Assembly: GCF_038025025.1 (NCBI RefSeq)
Contig: NW_027117353.1
Location: forward strand, 558,001-622,000
Direction: 5' to 3'
Length of the DNA: 64,000 bases
DNA from: Phyllosticta citribraziliensis
Lineage: Eukaryota
The translations under genes and the position numbers were made by a program. The notes beneath the pieces were generated by a model that ran no database searches, was not told the origin of the DNA, and saw nothing but the letters and a program-made list of their open reading frames with translations. Positions 26,631 through 38,718 of the stretch are shown here, in pieces. Position 1 is the stretch's first letter, and every line of letters starts with the position of its first letter.

Positions 26631-28179
26631 ATGTGGAGAACAGCGCGGCTGCTGCAAAAGTGTGCAACCATGACACGCGCTCCGCCGCAAAGTCCCCTCG
26701 TCGCCGTCATTGGCGCCACGGGCACCGGAAAATCACAGGTAAGAGCAGGCCAGAAGCTGGAACGCGCGAGTAAGGCAGCACTTCAGTTTCGAAACTTTTG
26801 TCCGAGGATCTTCTGACGCATTGTAGCTCGCCGTCGAGCTTGCGCGTCGCTTCAACGGCGAGATAATCAACGCCGATGCCATGCAGCTCTACCACGGCCT
26901 GCCCATCATCACCAACAAAATCACCCAAGAGGAGATGAAGGGCATCCCGCACCATCTCCTCGGCTCCATAGATTTCGACCAAGACACCTGGACCGTGGTT
27001 GAATTTGTAAAGAAAGCAATGTCCGTCATGGACGAAATTCGAGCGCGTGGCAGACTTCCCATCCTCGTGGGCGGCACCAACTATTACATTCGATCCCTTT
27101 TATTCAAGGAGAGTCTGATTGAAGACATTGACGCCTCCGGAGCTGAAGACGGCTCCGATGGCGAGAGTAGAGAGTTTCCTATCCTGGACGAGCGCACCGA
27201 AGTCTTGCTCGCCAAATTGCGGGAGCTTGATCCCGTAATGGCGGACCGCTGGCATCCCAGGGACCGTCGCAAGATCCGGCGATCTCTGCAAATTTGCCTC
27301 AGGACGGGCAGGCCCGCCTCGCAAATGTATGAGGAGCAGCACGCGCGGAGACAAACGAGCAACGCAGTAAACGACGATCATGCAGCAAGCAACTCGGGCC
27401 CCAGCGACCTGGTGAGGTTTCCAGCCTTGCTTTTTTGGGTCCACGCAGACCAAGACGTCCTTCGAGCAAGACTGGATGGCCGTGTAGACAATATGCTCGA
27501 CAAAGGTCTTTTGGAAGAGGTTGAAGAGCTTCACGAGTTTCAAAATCAGCGCAAGGACGTCGACCTCACGCGTGGTATCTGGGTGTCGATTGGGTACAAA
27601 GAACTCCTTCCCTATCTTCGCGCAAGACGAGCAGGTCTGGCCTCCGAGGACTGGCTCGAAAAGTCAAAGGCCCAGGCCATTGAGCAAATCAAGGCTGGCA
27701 CCAGACAATACGCGAAGCGTCAGATCAAGTATATTCGCATCCAGCTGCTCCACGCACTCAAGGACACTCGCCTATCAAACAACGTGTTCGTACTAGATGG
27801 CACAGACGTCTCAAAGTTCGCGGACAATGTGGAAAGACCCGCGTTGGAAATCGCCGAACAGTTCCTAAGCGGGGATACCCTGCCGGATGCGATGGCGCTC
27901 TCTGAGGCGGCCAAGGAAATGTTGACGCCAAAACGCGACTACGTCTTGAGCGAACGCAGGGACCTGTGGGTCAAGCGGGAGTGCGAAATGTGCAACGTGA
28001 TTGTCGTTGGCGACGAAGACTGGAAAAAGCATGTGAAGGGCCGCATGCACAGGATCAAAGACAAGAAGAGGAAAAAGGCGGGAGCGCGCCCACATCGGCA
28101 GGATAACGACGGCCCCGCCCGGCGGGAGAGCGGTCCGCCTCAGGACGTGCTCGACTTCAAGTTGTCTGACGATTGGTGA
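26631..28179 (+). CDS. MOD5: tRNA dimethylallyltransferase (isopentenyltransferase)
   Basis: Exons 26631-26738 and 26827-28179; VIGATGTGKS, INADAMQLY.GLPIITNK, ILVGGTNYY, SIGYKE, TRQYAKRQ, C-terminal C2H2 finger. Confidence 0.95.
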
Positions 28180-28683
28180 TTTGCCTCTGTTTTTGCTGCA
28201 CGGGTGGCGCTAAGCATGGCGCGACCCTGGGCCATCCTTCGCGCCTCCACCTTCGTCCAGCGAGTCGATAGTGGTATACCCGCAGCCTGCCATGAGTGCT
28301 CGTCTTCTGAGGCTCCAGAGCCTCTGAGAAGTGAAATGATGACGCGAGAGCGGCATCCAGCTCTTTCGTACCCGCGTGCTGCGGCTCTTGGGTATGCAGA
28401 GCATTCAGCGATTGTCTCACATATTTCGACTCAAGATCGCGGCCATTACAGATCTGCGCGGTGCAGATCGAGAAAGTCTGCCAAGTCTTGACCAAAATAC
28501 CATACTAAATCCGATGTCTAAAAGGCAAGGCTTCAAGGCTGCCGTTCGCGCACTGTTTCGCAAGAGTTTGGAGTCGGCGGTTGAGGGGCGACCCCTGGAG
28601 CTGGTCGAGCAATAAGACCATTAAACCGTCCCTCTGCTGTCATCGGATTTTCCGAATGGTCAAAGCGCACATTGTTCTTCAGT

Positions 28684-31511
28684 ATGGTGGACCAGAGCAG
28701 GTTGTTCATTCACTTCGGCGTCATGACGCCCTTGGGGGTGATTACGACGACGGTGGTGGCTCTACGGTTTTACACGCGGCTCGCAATTACCCGACTGCAC
28801 CTGGCTGCCGATGATTATTTGATACTTGTGGCCATGGTAAGTTCAGCTGGATGGATCGGTAATTCAAGTTGACCATGTGCAGTTTCTATCAAATGGGTCC
28901 TCTATCATGGTGGCCGTCGCGGGTACGTTTACGGACGTGGAGCAAAAGAACACATCTAATGATGCCACCAGATTTTGCCTTTGACGAGGGCCAGGCGCTG
29001 GGAAACTCGCGATCCGACCTTGAAAAACAGATTGGCATGCGCAAGGTCCGTCTGCTCTCTGACTTGTTCGACAACGAAGCTGACAGTTTACAGATCCACT
29101 GGGTTGCAACGCAAATGTATCCCATCATGTCATTTACCCTGAAAATATCCATCCTCCTGCTATACCGGCGCATCTTCTTCGTCGTGCCGACCTTTACGCG
29201 CGTCTGCAACGTCCTCATCATTCTCATCTCGGCACTTCACCTCGCGGGCTTCAGCTCGGGCATCTTTCTCTGCGTCCCTATTTCCTACTTTTGGGAGCAG
29301 GTGCTGCCTCCAGGGACGCCAGGAGCACCGACGCACAAGGGCCGATGCCAAAACTACCAAGTCGCTTGGCTGGTGCTGGGCTCGTTCAACGTCCTGACGG
29401 ATCTCATCACCGTCGTGCTGCCGCTGCCTGTGCTAGGGCGTCTCAAGATCACGGCCCAGCGGCGGGCGTTTCTCGTCTTCATCTTTGCCCTTTCCTCGGT
29501 GCCCGTCATTGCCAGCCTGCTGCGCATCCGGCCGCTGGTGCGCATACCGGGCGGCAACGATGATCCGCTCTTCTCGCAGCACGTGTGGGAGCTGCAGCTT
29601 TACTGCGGCATCGAAATTTCCGTCGGCATCACCTGCGCGTGCTTGCCCACGTTGACGCCTCTTGCTGTCCGCCTGTTTCCCCAAATCATGGGCAGCCAAG
29701 GCGCCAATGGGTCGGAGCCTGTCGGCGCGTTTGGGGCAGCACTGGGTGGTCTCGCCAAAGTACTGAATGGAAAGCGAGCGAGTGACGACGCGGCCAGGCA
29801 TGCTGAAAGCCGTGGCGACGACTTTGATCCAGTAACCACCATCGGCGGAACGAGCGCGAAGCTTGCCGGCTTCAAGACCGGGCGCAAGAGCAGCGTGGGG
29901 AGACAGTCTGGCAGGAAGCGAAGCGGCGCGGACGCGGACATCGCAACCCTTACCGCGGACGAGACGATCGCAACCAAGACGATGGAAATAGAGGTGCCTG
30001 TTGACTCGGTGGAAGAGCAGAGGTCGCCGCCTTCGCCAACGTCCAAGCAAGACGACCACCACTACAACAACAGCAAGAAAAGTAAGAAGAAAAACGCCCT
30101 GGGGTTGCGTCTAGCGGACGGCAAGTCTTGGACGTCGAAGGTGGCCACGGCTCTGACTCGGCAACAGCACCCTCGCCCGCAGCAAGACCAGCAGCAGCAG
30201 AAGAGCGCCAACTGGAGATTGAGCCCGCTTCCCCTGCCCAGCCCCAGCTTCAGCCTCAATCTGATGCTCAGCCCGAAGACGACGTCGACGCCGCAGCGCC
30301 AGGCCGCCTGGGCCGCGCGCTTGGGTGAGGTCGTGTCCGGCACGCTCCACCATCAGGGACGCGATGAAGCCCAAGCAGACGAGATTTTCGAAGACAAGGA
30401 ATCAGCCTTTGCCGGCGCAGACGCATCGCCATCGGCACCAGCAGCGGTACCTGAGACGGCAGTCGAAGAGGACTGGGACGACCGCGCCAGGCCGCGCACG
30501 AGACCGAGCCAGCGGCGTCGTCGCAGCAGCCGCTCGCTCGACTGGCAGGCAGCCAGCAGCGCACGCGAGAGCGCCGAGCTGCGTCGCGAAGCGGCTGCCG
30601 CGACGGCGGCGGCGTGGGGACGGCGCATTTCAGCGGCGTCGTCGAGGGATGGGAGAGGCCAAGAGCACGATGATGGACCAGGACAGGTTGAATGGTGGAC
30701 GCATCAACAACAGCAACAGCACCACCACCAACAAAACCATCCACATCCGCATCCCCTACACTCCCACCCCCACAACCCCAACCCGACATCTCCGCACACC
30801 TTCTTCAACGCCCACCCCTCCCCTACATCGCCATCGCAGTCACAAACAACATCCCCCACGCCCTCCCCCTCCCTCCCCTCCCCCTCCATCTACAGCCGCG
30901 CCTCCGTCATCACCGCCTACACGCGCCGCCCCTCCTCTGCCATGGACCACCGCCGCCGCCCCTCCGCCGCCGACAGCGTCGCCTCCTCCGCCTACCCCAC
31001 GCTCCCCCACCCGCACACCTACTTCAACCACAGCCGGCGCCCGTCAGCCGCCGACAGCGTCGGTGCGAACCACCTGCGCCGGCGCCCCTCGGCTGCGGAC
31101 GCGTACGCGACGATCGAGGAGGTGGATGTCGATGCTGACGATGTGGGAATGGGAAGGGGGGAGGGCGATGCCGAGTGGGCGGCGGCGCTGCGCGAAGTCG
31201 ACGAGCGCAGCGAGGAGGATGACGACGACAGCGACGGGGAGCGGGAGCGGGGAAGACGCGTTCCTGCTGCTGCTGCTGCTGCTGTGGGCCAGGAAGCGGG
31301 CGATGCCACGGCAGCAGCGGTGCAGGAGAAGTGGTGGATGGCGCTGCGCAAGGCGTCGAATGCGACGACGGCGTCGAGTTTGACGGCGACGGGTAGGGAG
31401 GGAGAGGGCGAGGAGGTGGAGGGAGTTGAGGACGTGTTTGACAGGAGGGGCAGTGTGGCGAGTGAGTTGAGGAGGAGGCCGATGAGCTGGACGGCGGATT
31501 TGGGGGCGTGA
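28684..31511 (+). CDS. PTH11-like (fungal rhodopsin-domain) integral membrane protein, no CFEM, long disordered C-tail
   Basis: Exons about 28684-28836, 28883-28922, 28972-29045, 29094-31511; motifs LRFYTR, DDYLI, KISILLLYRRIF, C.PISYFW, TDL...LP.P, EISVGITCACLPTL. Confidence 0.85.
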
Positions 31512-31983
31512 TGGGATGGGTGTTTTTGGAGAGAGAGAGTGAGTGAGAGTGAGTTGTGGAGTGAGCGTGGGAGGGAGGGCGAATAGGAAGAGATGCATGC
31601 ATTTGTGGCGTTGGCGTTGGGATATGGGATCTTGGATCGGGATTTGTTCCCTTGTAAAGTTATGTATGTACGTGTAGGATATTGGTGTTGTAGAGCGCCC
31701 GCAGCTGCAGCTGCAGTGAATTATTCCCGACAGTTATCAGTCACATCACTGTGAATGGTTTGTTTGAGTGTAGCAATGTCTTCCGATTTGCTGTTTGTAC
31801 AATGCCTAGGTACAAGGCAAGTCCATGTCCACCAGTCCGTTTCTTCCAGCATGAAGTCGTGAGTCGTTAAAGGCCAATGGTGTATCGACAGACACTGCCA
31901 GGCAGCGCACCATCAGGCCGAGGGTATACCAAAGCAAGAAAAAAGACCTCCCACTACGCAATCTGTCCACCACCGCTCATCGC

Positions 31984-32585
31984 TCACTTCTTCTCAGCCT
32001 CAGCCTGCTTCTGCAGCTCCGCCTCGACGCCCCTCTGCGCCGTCTTGCCCTGGTCATGCTGCCTCTCATACTCGTCCTTGGCAGCCTCGTTGCCAGTCAA
32101 GCCAGCGACGGCGCCGCCCACGCTGCCCTTGACGCGGTCGCCGACGCCCTTGCCCAAGTCGCTGACCTGGCCCTGCGCCTCCTGGCCCTGGCCCTCGGCG
32201 TTCTGCTTGCGGCCGGCGCTCTTGAGGTCCTCGCTGCCCAGCACGTTGCCCAGCGTCTCCTTGGCCGAGCCGATGGTCTGGTTCCAGCTGCCTTGCTGCC
32301 GGTCGCTGGATTTGGGCGCCACGCCCGAGGCCGAGACGTCGACGGGGCCCGCGCTGGCGCCTGCGTGCGAGAGGTCGTGCTTGACGTCGGCTTCGGCTTG
32401 CTTGTCGGCGGCTTGCTTCTGGGGGTGTGTTAGTGGTTTGTGTGGAGACGTGGGGAGTGAGGGGGGGAATGGGAGCGACGCACCTTGTCGGCGGTGTTGC
32501 CGGTCAGAGAGCCGACGGCCGACTGCACGGTCGAGGTGGCAGAGTCGACGTAGGATTGGAGAGTGGAGGTGTTCTTGTCAGACAT
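31984..32585 (-). CDS. CsbD-like / Hmp1-like small hydrophilic stress protein
   Basis: Exons 32585-32484 and 32418-31984; MSDKNTSTLQSYVDSAT..., GSWNQTIGSAKETLGN, HDQGKTAQRGVEAELQKQ. Confidence 0.85.
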
Positions 32586-32725
32586 GATGGCTGTGATTGT
32601 GGTTGAAGGTATTGGAGTTGGTTGAATTGGTTGGTTCGTTGAGAGTGACGAGGTTGTTTGGTAGAGCAGAGGCGAGGTTGTTTTGTTTTGGTGATGGGTG
32701 GCAGCAGTGAGGTTCTGTCAAGGGC

Positions 32726-32840
32726 GTTTATATGCGTGGTGTTGAGTGGAGGTGCAGGCCATGACGTATGTGGAGCGCAGGGCAAAAGCAGGGCAAGCGC
32801 ACATCACCCGCGCCTTCCATTCCTTTGTTTTTTGACGTCA
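32726..32840 (-). promoter_or_regulatory. TATA box and CRE/ATF-like sites upstream of the CsbD-like gene
   Basis: TATAAA on the minus strand at about 32728-32733, TGACGTA at 32762, perfect palindrome TGACGTCA at 32833-32840. Confidence 0.5.
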
Positions 32841-33902
32841 CTTACCATGTGTTGCTCCAGGTCCTGTCCTCTCTGCTGTGCCACTCGAAGCTGCGGGCTG
32901 TTGTGCTGTGCCGCTTGCGCAATTGATTGATGCGAAGACCATGGACGTGTCTGGAACTGTCCATTCGATAACATGCCGTGGAGCGTGCACCGGACGCGTT
33001 TGCCCTCTGCCCTGCAGCACTGCGCGTCAACCCGGGAACCACTCGGAATTGTTCATCGACGACGGCACATTCCTCACACGAGGTGTTGGTTCTTCAGACA
33101 GATCGAACCCGGCGCCATGGCATCTGCCCTCTGCTGGCTGCTCGGGTTGGGGAACGTGAAAATGCTCGGACAAGGTGCACATCCCGAACGGTTGTTGCGA
33201 CAGCACTACATGACGGCGTCTCTACTTTCGTGACACGCCTCTGCTACCTTATCAGATTGAACATGGCACGCTTCCAGCGCCAGGCTGTCACGGGATCGTG
33301 TACACGATGAGGGAATGCCAACACTCGCAGCGTCGCAAGCGGGAGGGCTAAATAAATTCCACCAGTCGCAACAGCGCATTCGCAACGACAAGTGCCCAGA
33401 AGACGAGGCAGCCGGGTGTGAGGCAGGGATGAGACGTCGCAGTGGTCGAGGACATGTCGTCGACATGTGGTGGTGGAGTGGTGTGGGTGGTACAGTACCT
33501 GAGGAGGGCCAACGGGACGGGCGTGTCAACCAACGGCGGGCCGCTAGCAGAGGTCAGGAATAGAAGGACTCGAACTGCATCCTTCGCTGGCCCACGGTCC
33601 GTCGCTCGGCCGGTCATGTCGAAGCTGAGGATGGAGGCGTCTGGCGGTTTGATGCAGAGGCCGTCTCAACCAGCGCTGAGGCTGACATCAGACGGCGCTC
33701 GACTTTGACTCCAGGCGCGCTGCGTGTGAGGAGCGCGCGGTTGCCGCAGGGCTGGCGGGCGAGGGGGAACGACTACATATTAGTGAACATGATGCCTTGT
33801 CGTCAAAGAATCCTTCCGCTGCTCATCTTCGCGACCTTCTCTCGAAAAAGCCTCCAGGCGTCAGCTCGGACAGCGACGGGAGCCTGCCTGAGGGCCTAAG
33901 CA

Positions 33903-35921
33903 ATGACCGACACGGCCGGCTCCGCTCTGCATCCGCCTGAGCCTGTTTCTCCACCTCTGCATGTGTCCCTACACAATAACGGCCACCACGGCCATGTTCA
34001 TCCTCAGCATCGTCATGGATCCTCGCTCCCCGTCTCTCACCCTCATCGCCAACCTCGACACCCGCCCCGGCTGAGGAGCCTCTCCGCCCACGCCCACCAC
34101 TATCCCCGCCCTCGGCCGTCCATCTCCATCGTCGCCGGAGATAGTCGCAGCGACGGCTGCTGCTCTCGCCCGACAAGTCCGCTTGTCCATGTAAGCGCCC
34201 CGTCGCCCTCCAGGACCCTCTACAGCGACGACGACACCGTATCCACCCCCGTCGCGACGCTCTCTGAGCCCGCCTCGTCGCTGCGTCTGTCGCCATCGCC
34301 ATCGCTCGTCCTCTCGCCGCCCCACACCCACAGGGCCCGGTTCCGCGACGGCCGACATCGCAAAAAGGCCGTATCAATCGACTCGGTCCCCCGCCAGACC
34401 ATCATGAAGGCCCTAGCCTCGCGCCCTCCCGCCACCTCCAACATGTCCATTGCCTCGTCCATCAATGGCCTGCTGAACAACGACCCCGAACCCTCGTCCT
34501 CCCGCCCGGCCCTATCCCGGCGCCGCCTGTCGCAGGCCATTTCCGATCTCACCCTCAACCCCGAGTGCTTGACCGCCAGCAAAATCACGGCCCTCGCCTC
34601 GCCGTGCTTCTACCACAAGAAATTCGATGCCGCCATCAACATTGACCGCGTGCTCGAAGAGATTCGGGAAGAGGAGGGCATGTCGCATTCCCGCCTGGTC
34701 CAGACGGCCACGGGCGTCCGCGAGGTCTCCAAGCAGCTGCAGCGCCGCCCCATCAAGATTGCCGTCAAGAATGTCATGATTGTCACAAAGGCCCGCGACA
34801 ATCAGCTCGTCGACCTCACGCGCGAGCTTGCCCAGTGGCTGCTCACCACGCCGCGCCATGGCTACGACGTGGGCGTAAATGTCTACGTCGATAGCAAGCT
34901 GCAAAAGTCGCAGCGCTTCAACGCCGCCGGCCTGCTCGCCCAGGATGCCCGGTTCCACCACATGTTGCGCTACTGGTCTCCGGAGCTCTGTCTAACGACG
35001 CCGGAAAAGTTTGACCTCGTCCTTACCCTCGGCGGCGACGGCACCGTCTTGTACACGAGCTGGCTGTTTCAGCGCATCGTGCCGCCGATCCTGTCCTTTA
35101 GTCTTGGTAGTCTTGGGTTCCTCACCAACTTTCAATTCTCCAGCTACAAGGAGCAGCTGGACCGCATCATGGGTGAAGCCGGCATGCGCGTCAACCTGCG
35201 CATGCGCTTCACGTGCACTGTGTACCGCGCCAACAGCAACCATGACGCAGCCGATGAAAACTCGCCCTCGCACTTCGAGGCCGAGCAGTTTGAAGTGCTG
35301 AACGAGCTCGTCATTGACCGCGGGCCCAGCCCTTACGTCTCCAACCTTGAGCTGTACGGCGACAACGCGCTCCTCACCGTTGTCCAGGCTGACGGCTGCA
35401 TCTTTTCGACGCCCACCGGAAGCACCGCATATTCGCTCTCTGCCGGCGGCTCGCTTGTGCACCCCGACATTCCCGCTATCCTGCTCACGCCCATCTGCCC
35501 GCACACCCTATCTTTCCGCCCGATGCTGCTCAACGACAGCATGCTGCTGCGCGTTGCCATTCCGCGCAACAGCCGCGCCACGGCGTACTGCGCCTTTGAC
35601 GGCAAAGGCCGCGTCGAGCTGCGCCAGGGCGATCACGTCACCATCGCCGCGTCGCAATACCCCTTCCCGACCGTCCTGAGCCAGCCCACCGAGTGGTTCG
35701 ACAGCCTGAGTCGCACGCTGCGGTGGAACACGCGCGGCGCGCAGCAAAAGGGGTGGGACGCGGGCGGCAACGAAGACGAGGCCGACGGCGAAGAAAAGTA
35801 CGACATTGACATCGACGAAGACGAGGCTGGCCGCGACTCGGGCTACAGCGCCGCGACGAGCAGCGCGGGCGGCAACGGCAGTCCGGTGCGGCGCGGGGTC
35901 AGCGGGCTGTGGGCGTTGTGA
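33903..35921 (+). CDS. ATP-NAD kinase (Utr1/Yef1-like)
   Basis: Intronless 672 aa; LGGDGTVL, SLGSLGFLT, VLNELVIDRG, QADG...STPTGSTAYSLSAGG, TPICPHTLSFRP. Confidence 0.96.
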   Translation: MTDTAGSALHPPEPVSPPLHVSLHNNGHHGHVHPQHRHGSSLPVSHPHRQPRHPPRLRSLSAHAHHYPRPRPSISIVAGDSRSDGCCSRPTSPLVHVSAPSPSRTLYSDDDTVSTPVATLSEPASSLRLSPSPSLVLSPPHTHRARFRDGRHRKKAVSIDSVPRQTIMKALASRPPATSNMSIASSINGLLNNDPEPSSSRPALSRRRLSQAISDLTLNPECLTASKITALASPCFYHKKFDAAINIDRVLEEIREEEGMSHSRLVQTATGVREVSKQLQRRPIKIAVKNVMIVTKARDNQLVDLTRELAQWLLTTPRHGYDVGVNVYVDSKLQKSQRFNAAGLLAQDARFHHMLRYWSPELCLTTPEKFDLVLTLGGDGTVLYTSWLFQRIVPPILSFSLGSLGFLTNFQFSSYKEQLDRIMGEAGMRVNLRMRFTCTVYRANSNHDAADENSPSHFEAEQFEVLNELVIDRGPSPYVSNLELYGDNALLTVVQADGCIFSTPTGSTAYSLSAGGSLVHPDIPAILLTPICPHTLSFRPMLLNDSMLLRVAIPRNSRATAYCAFDGKGRVELRQGDHVTIAASQYPFPTVLSQPTEWFDSLSRTLRWNTRGAQQKGWDAGGNEDEADGEEKYDIDIDEDEAGRDSGYSAATSSAGGNGSPVRRGVSGLWAL

Positions 35922-37330
35922 TGATGCATGAATTCAGCCTTCTTGCTGACTCTTGACGCCATTTTGTACATTGGTTCCGATCGACAACTACCTTACCCAC
36001 CTACACCACACACTTTGGATTCCTCTTCCTCCCTCTCCACCTCCACCGAGTTGGATCAGACGGACAACAGCAATGTTTTAGACATTTAGACGCAACAACG
36101 ACACGGACGCACCGTGAGGGATTTAGCATGGCGCACTTGGAGTACTACGGCGCTTCTCGGGATATGTAGAAGATAGAAAGAGCGAGCAGATGATTCGGAT
36201 CTGCGCTGCGCGGCGTATCTTGTGGAGGCGATCGCGCGAGCGACTCGCTGCTGCTGCTGCTGCTGCGCTGGTCGTCGACGACACTTTTCATATGAACAGT
36301 TGGACAGGACATTTCTTAGCTCAGGGCGGGATGGGATGGAATAGGATGGCATGGGATCGGGAGCGCTCGTATGCGCCCTTCTTTTCGGAAATATCATCGA
36401 CATCTACCTAGTCACTCTCTTTCCTCACGTCATTGTCGTCATCGCCAGGTTCGTCTGCTGCCTTGAGGTGTTGGGTGAGCAGAAAGGCAGACAGGTCACG
36501 GGGAGCAGCCGTTGCGCTGCCCTGGCTGCCATCCGGGTGCTGGTGGTGGTCACGCATCAGCTGCCGCATCCACCATGCGAGACATGGGTGGGTGCCCACC
36601 TCACCACCACCTCACTCACTACTTGACTTTGACAGAACGACCGCCGTGCGCTTCCTCGTCAGCGAGACAAACAAGGCACGACGCGTTGTTCACCTGCCTG
36701 TCTGCCTATCTGCCTATCCGCCGCGACGGCAGTCACTTCCATTTCTCTCTTTCCCTTCTTTTCGGCCGCCCGCACGCATGCAACCCTTTCGCCGCCGCCG
36801 CCGCAGCAGCACCACCTGGAGACCAGACCCGTCATGAGGTGCTCAACTGTCATCTCGCTCAGGTCTCTTCGCTGCTCAGGCGGGAGCGCGCCTCGCGCCG
36901 TGCTCGCTGGCCTGCTGAGTGCTCGCCCTCCTGTCTTGCGGGTGCGTCGTGACGCGCTCACGTTTAGTCCTTCTCTTGTTTCTTCTCTCTTCGCGTCTCG
37001 CTCAGCGTGCCTCCATCTCTATCCTTGCGGGCTCGTGTGCGCTTAGGCTCTACGCACGGTGGGGATGTGGAGAGGGAGAGAGAGGGTGAGAGAAGGCCGC
37101 GTGCGAACGAACAGAAGGCCATGTATGAAGTCAGGCGTGCGTGTCATTCTCTCTCCCGAGGAGGCAGAGACAGAAACGATGTATATGACGGCCAATCCAT
37201 CCATCCCTTCTGTCTCTCCCTACCCCTTCCCTTCCCTTCCACTTCCCCATCCCATACACACATCCCCCATAACACAACGCCCCCGCCCCCAGCCAGCCAT
37301 CAACCAAAACCCGGCCCGGCGCTGCACGCG

Positions 37331-37891
37331 ATGGTCCTTCCGCCCCTCGCAATCCTCATCCCGCGCCTCATCCGGATCCTCGAACTCGTCGTCGACGTCT
37401 ACGGCATCGTTGCACCGTGCGTTGGTTGTGCGCTGCGCGGCTGCTTTGGCGATTGCGGGTGCCGTGGGAAGAAGGGAGAGAAGGACAGAACAGGAGAAGG
37501 GGGCGACGATTGTCCGGCGCGTCCGATTCCGGATCGTGAAGGACAGGGAGAGGGGCAGGGACAGGACAGATTGAAGCAGGAGAGAAAGAGCGAGAAGACG
37601 AGCTGTTTTCCGTGGTCGTCGGGGAGTGAGAGTAAGAGCAAGGGGAAGCGGGAGCACAGGAAATTGCACAAAGATCCACCGCCAGGGCTTCGCTCGTCGT
37701 CTGATTCTCCGTCGGCAGCAGCAGGAGTAGGAGAGGAAATAGGGTTGGAGGCAGATCACGTCCTCGCCGTGCTGCAGCAGCAGTATTCGACGTTGCCGCC
37801 ACCGCCAACGCCGCCAGAGACGCCTGTGTTAAGGCCGCTTCGTCGTCGTCATCATCATCATCATCTTCAGGTGGGGCAGTCAGTTAAGTAG
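37331..37891 (+). CDS. Hypothetical protein (hydrophobic, Cys-rich N-terminus; low-complexity tail)
   Basis: ATG after a C/A-rich leader, MVLPPLAILIPRLIRILELVVDVYGIVAPCVGC...; no recognisable domain. Confidence 0.35.
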   Translation: MVLPPLAILIPRLIRILELVVDVYGIVAPCVGCALRGCFGDCGCRGKKGEKDRTGEGGDDCPARPIPDREGQGEGQGQDRLKQERKSEKTSCFPWSSGSESKSKGKREHRKLHKDPPPGLRSSSDSPSAAAGVGEEIGLEADHVLAVLQQQYSTLPPPPTPPETPVLRPLRRRHHHHHLQVGQSVK

Positions 37892-37944
37892 TGGACTGAG
37901 GGAGAGAGGAGGGAAAAAAGGGAAGAGAAAGCAAGAGAGCCAAC

Positions 37945-38718
37945 ATGTGCTGGTTCCCCTTCCTCCCCCGCCCCCGCGGCGTCAACCGCAACACCAAAAC
38001 CAACCACTACAAACATCAACGCGACGACTCCTCTCCGCTCCTCGGCCCCCGCCTCGCCGCCGCCCCGACATCAGCTAAACACCACCGCCGCATCCCCCTG
38101 CCCTCGCACCACCCCGCCTCCTCCCAAACGTCCCTGACCCCACACTATCAGCACATCTACAACGTCCGCGCACCTCAACCTCGCCCACAGCAGGCCCGAC
38201 ACACCCGCGGCCACGCCGTGCTCAGCGGCACAGGCGTCAAGCGCGCGCCGCCGCGCGCGTGGGACGAATGGGACGACGAGGCGCTGGACCGACGGCTGCT
38301 GCGGCGGCGGCGGTATAGGCCGGCAGAACAGGCACAGGCACAGGAATGGCATCAGCATCCGGATCGGCAGAATGACTCCAGTGAGCAGCGCCCACGCGCC
38401 CGCGCCCGCGCCAACTCGTCCGCGCGGCGGCAACGGCCGGTCATCGACGTCGGGAATGGGAACGGGACGAGCTTTGCGGCGCGGGCGCAGAGAGGCGGAC
38501 GCGGTGCGTTGGATGATGTGCTGAGGGCGGCGATGTACGATGGTGATGGTGATGCTGGCGTGGTGAGGGTGGCTGCGCCTGTTGGTGGGCGGCGGCGAGG
38601 GCGGAGGGGCGGCGGCGGCGGGCCAGGCGCAGGAGAAGGGGGCTTTGGGGTTGGGATCGGTGGGAGGGGAAGACCGCGACCGTGGCCGCCGGCGGGAGGA
38701 CTGGAGGGCTGGATGTAG
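37945..38718 (+). CDS. Hypothetical Arg/Gly/Pro-rich protein
   Basis: 257-aa ORF with CAACATG start context and GC-rich codons; no domain recognised. Confidence 0.4.
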   Translation: MCWFPFLPRPRGVNRNTKTNHYKHQRDDSSPLLGPRLAAAPTSAKHHRRIPLPSHHPASSQTSLTPHYQHIYNVRAPQPRPQQARHTRGHAVLSGTGVKRAPPRAWDEWDDEALDRRLLRRRRYRPAEQAQAQEWHQHPDRQNDSSEQRPRARARANSSARRQRPVIDVGNGNGTSFAARAQRGGRGALDDVLRAAMYDGDGDAGVVRVAAPVGGRRRGRRGGGGGPGAGEGGFGVGIGGRGRPRPWPPAGGLEGWM

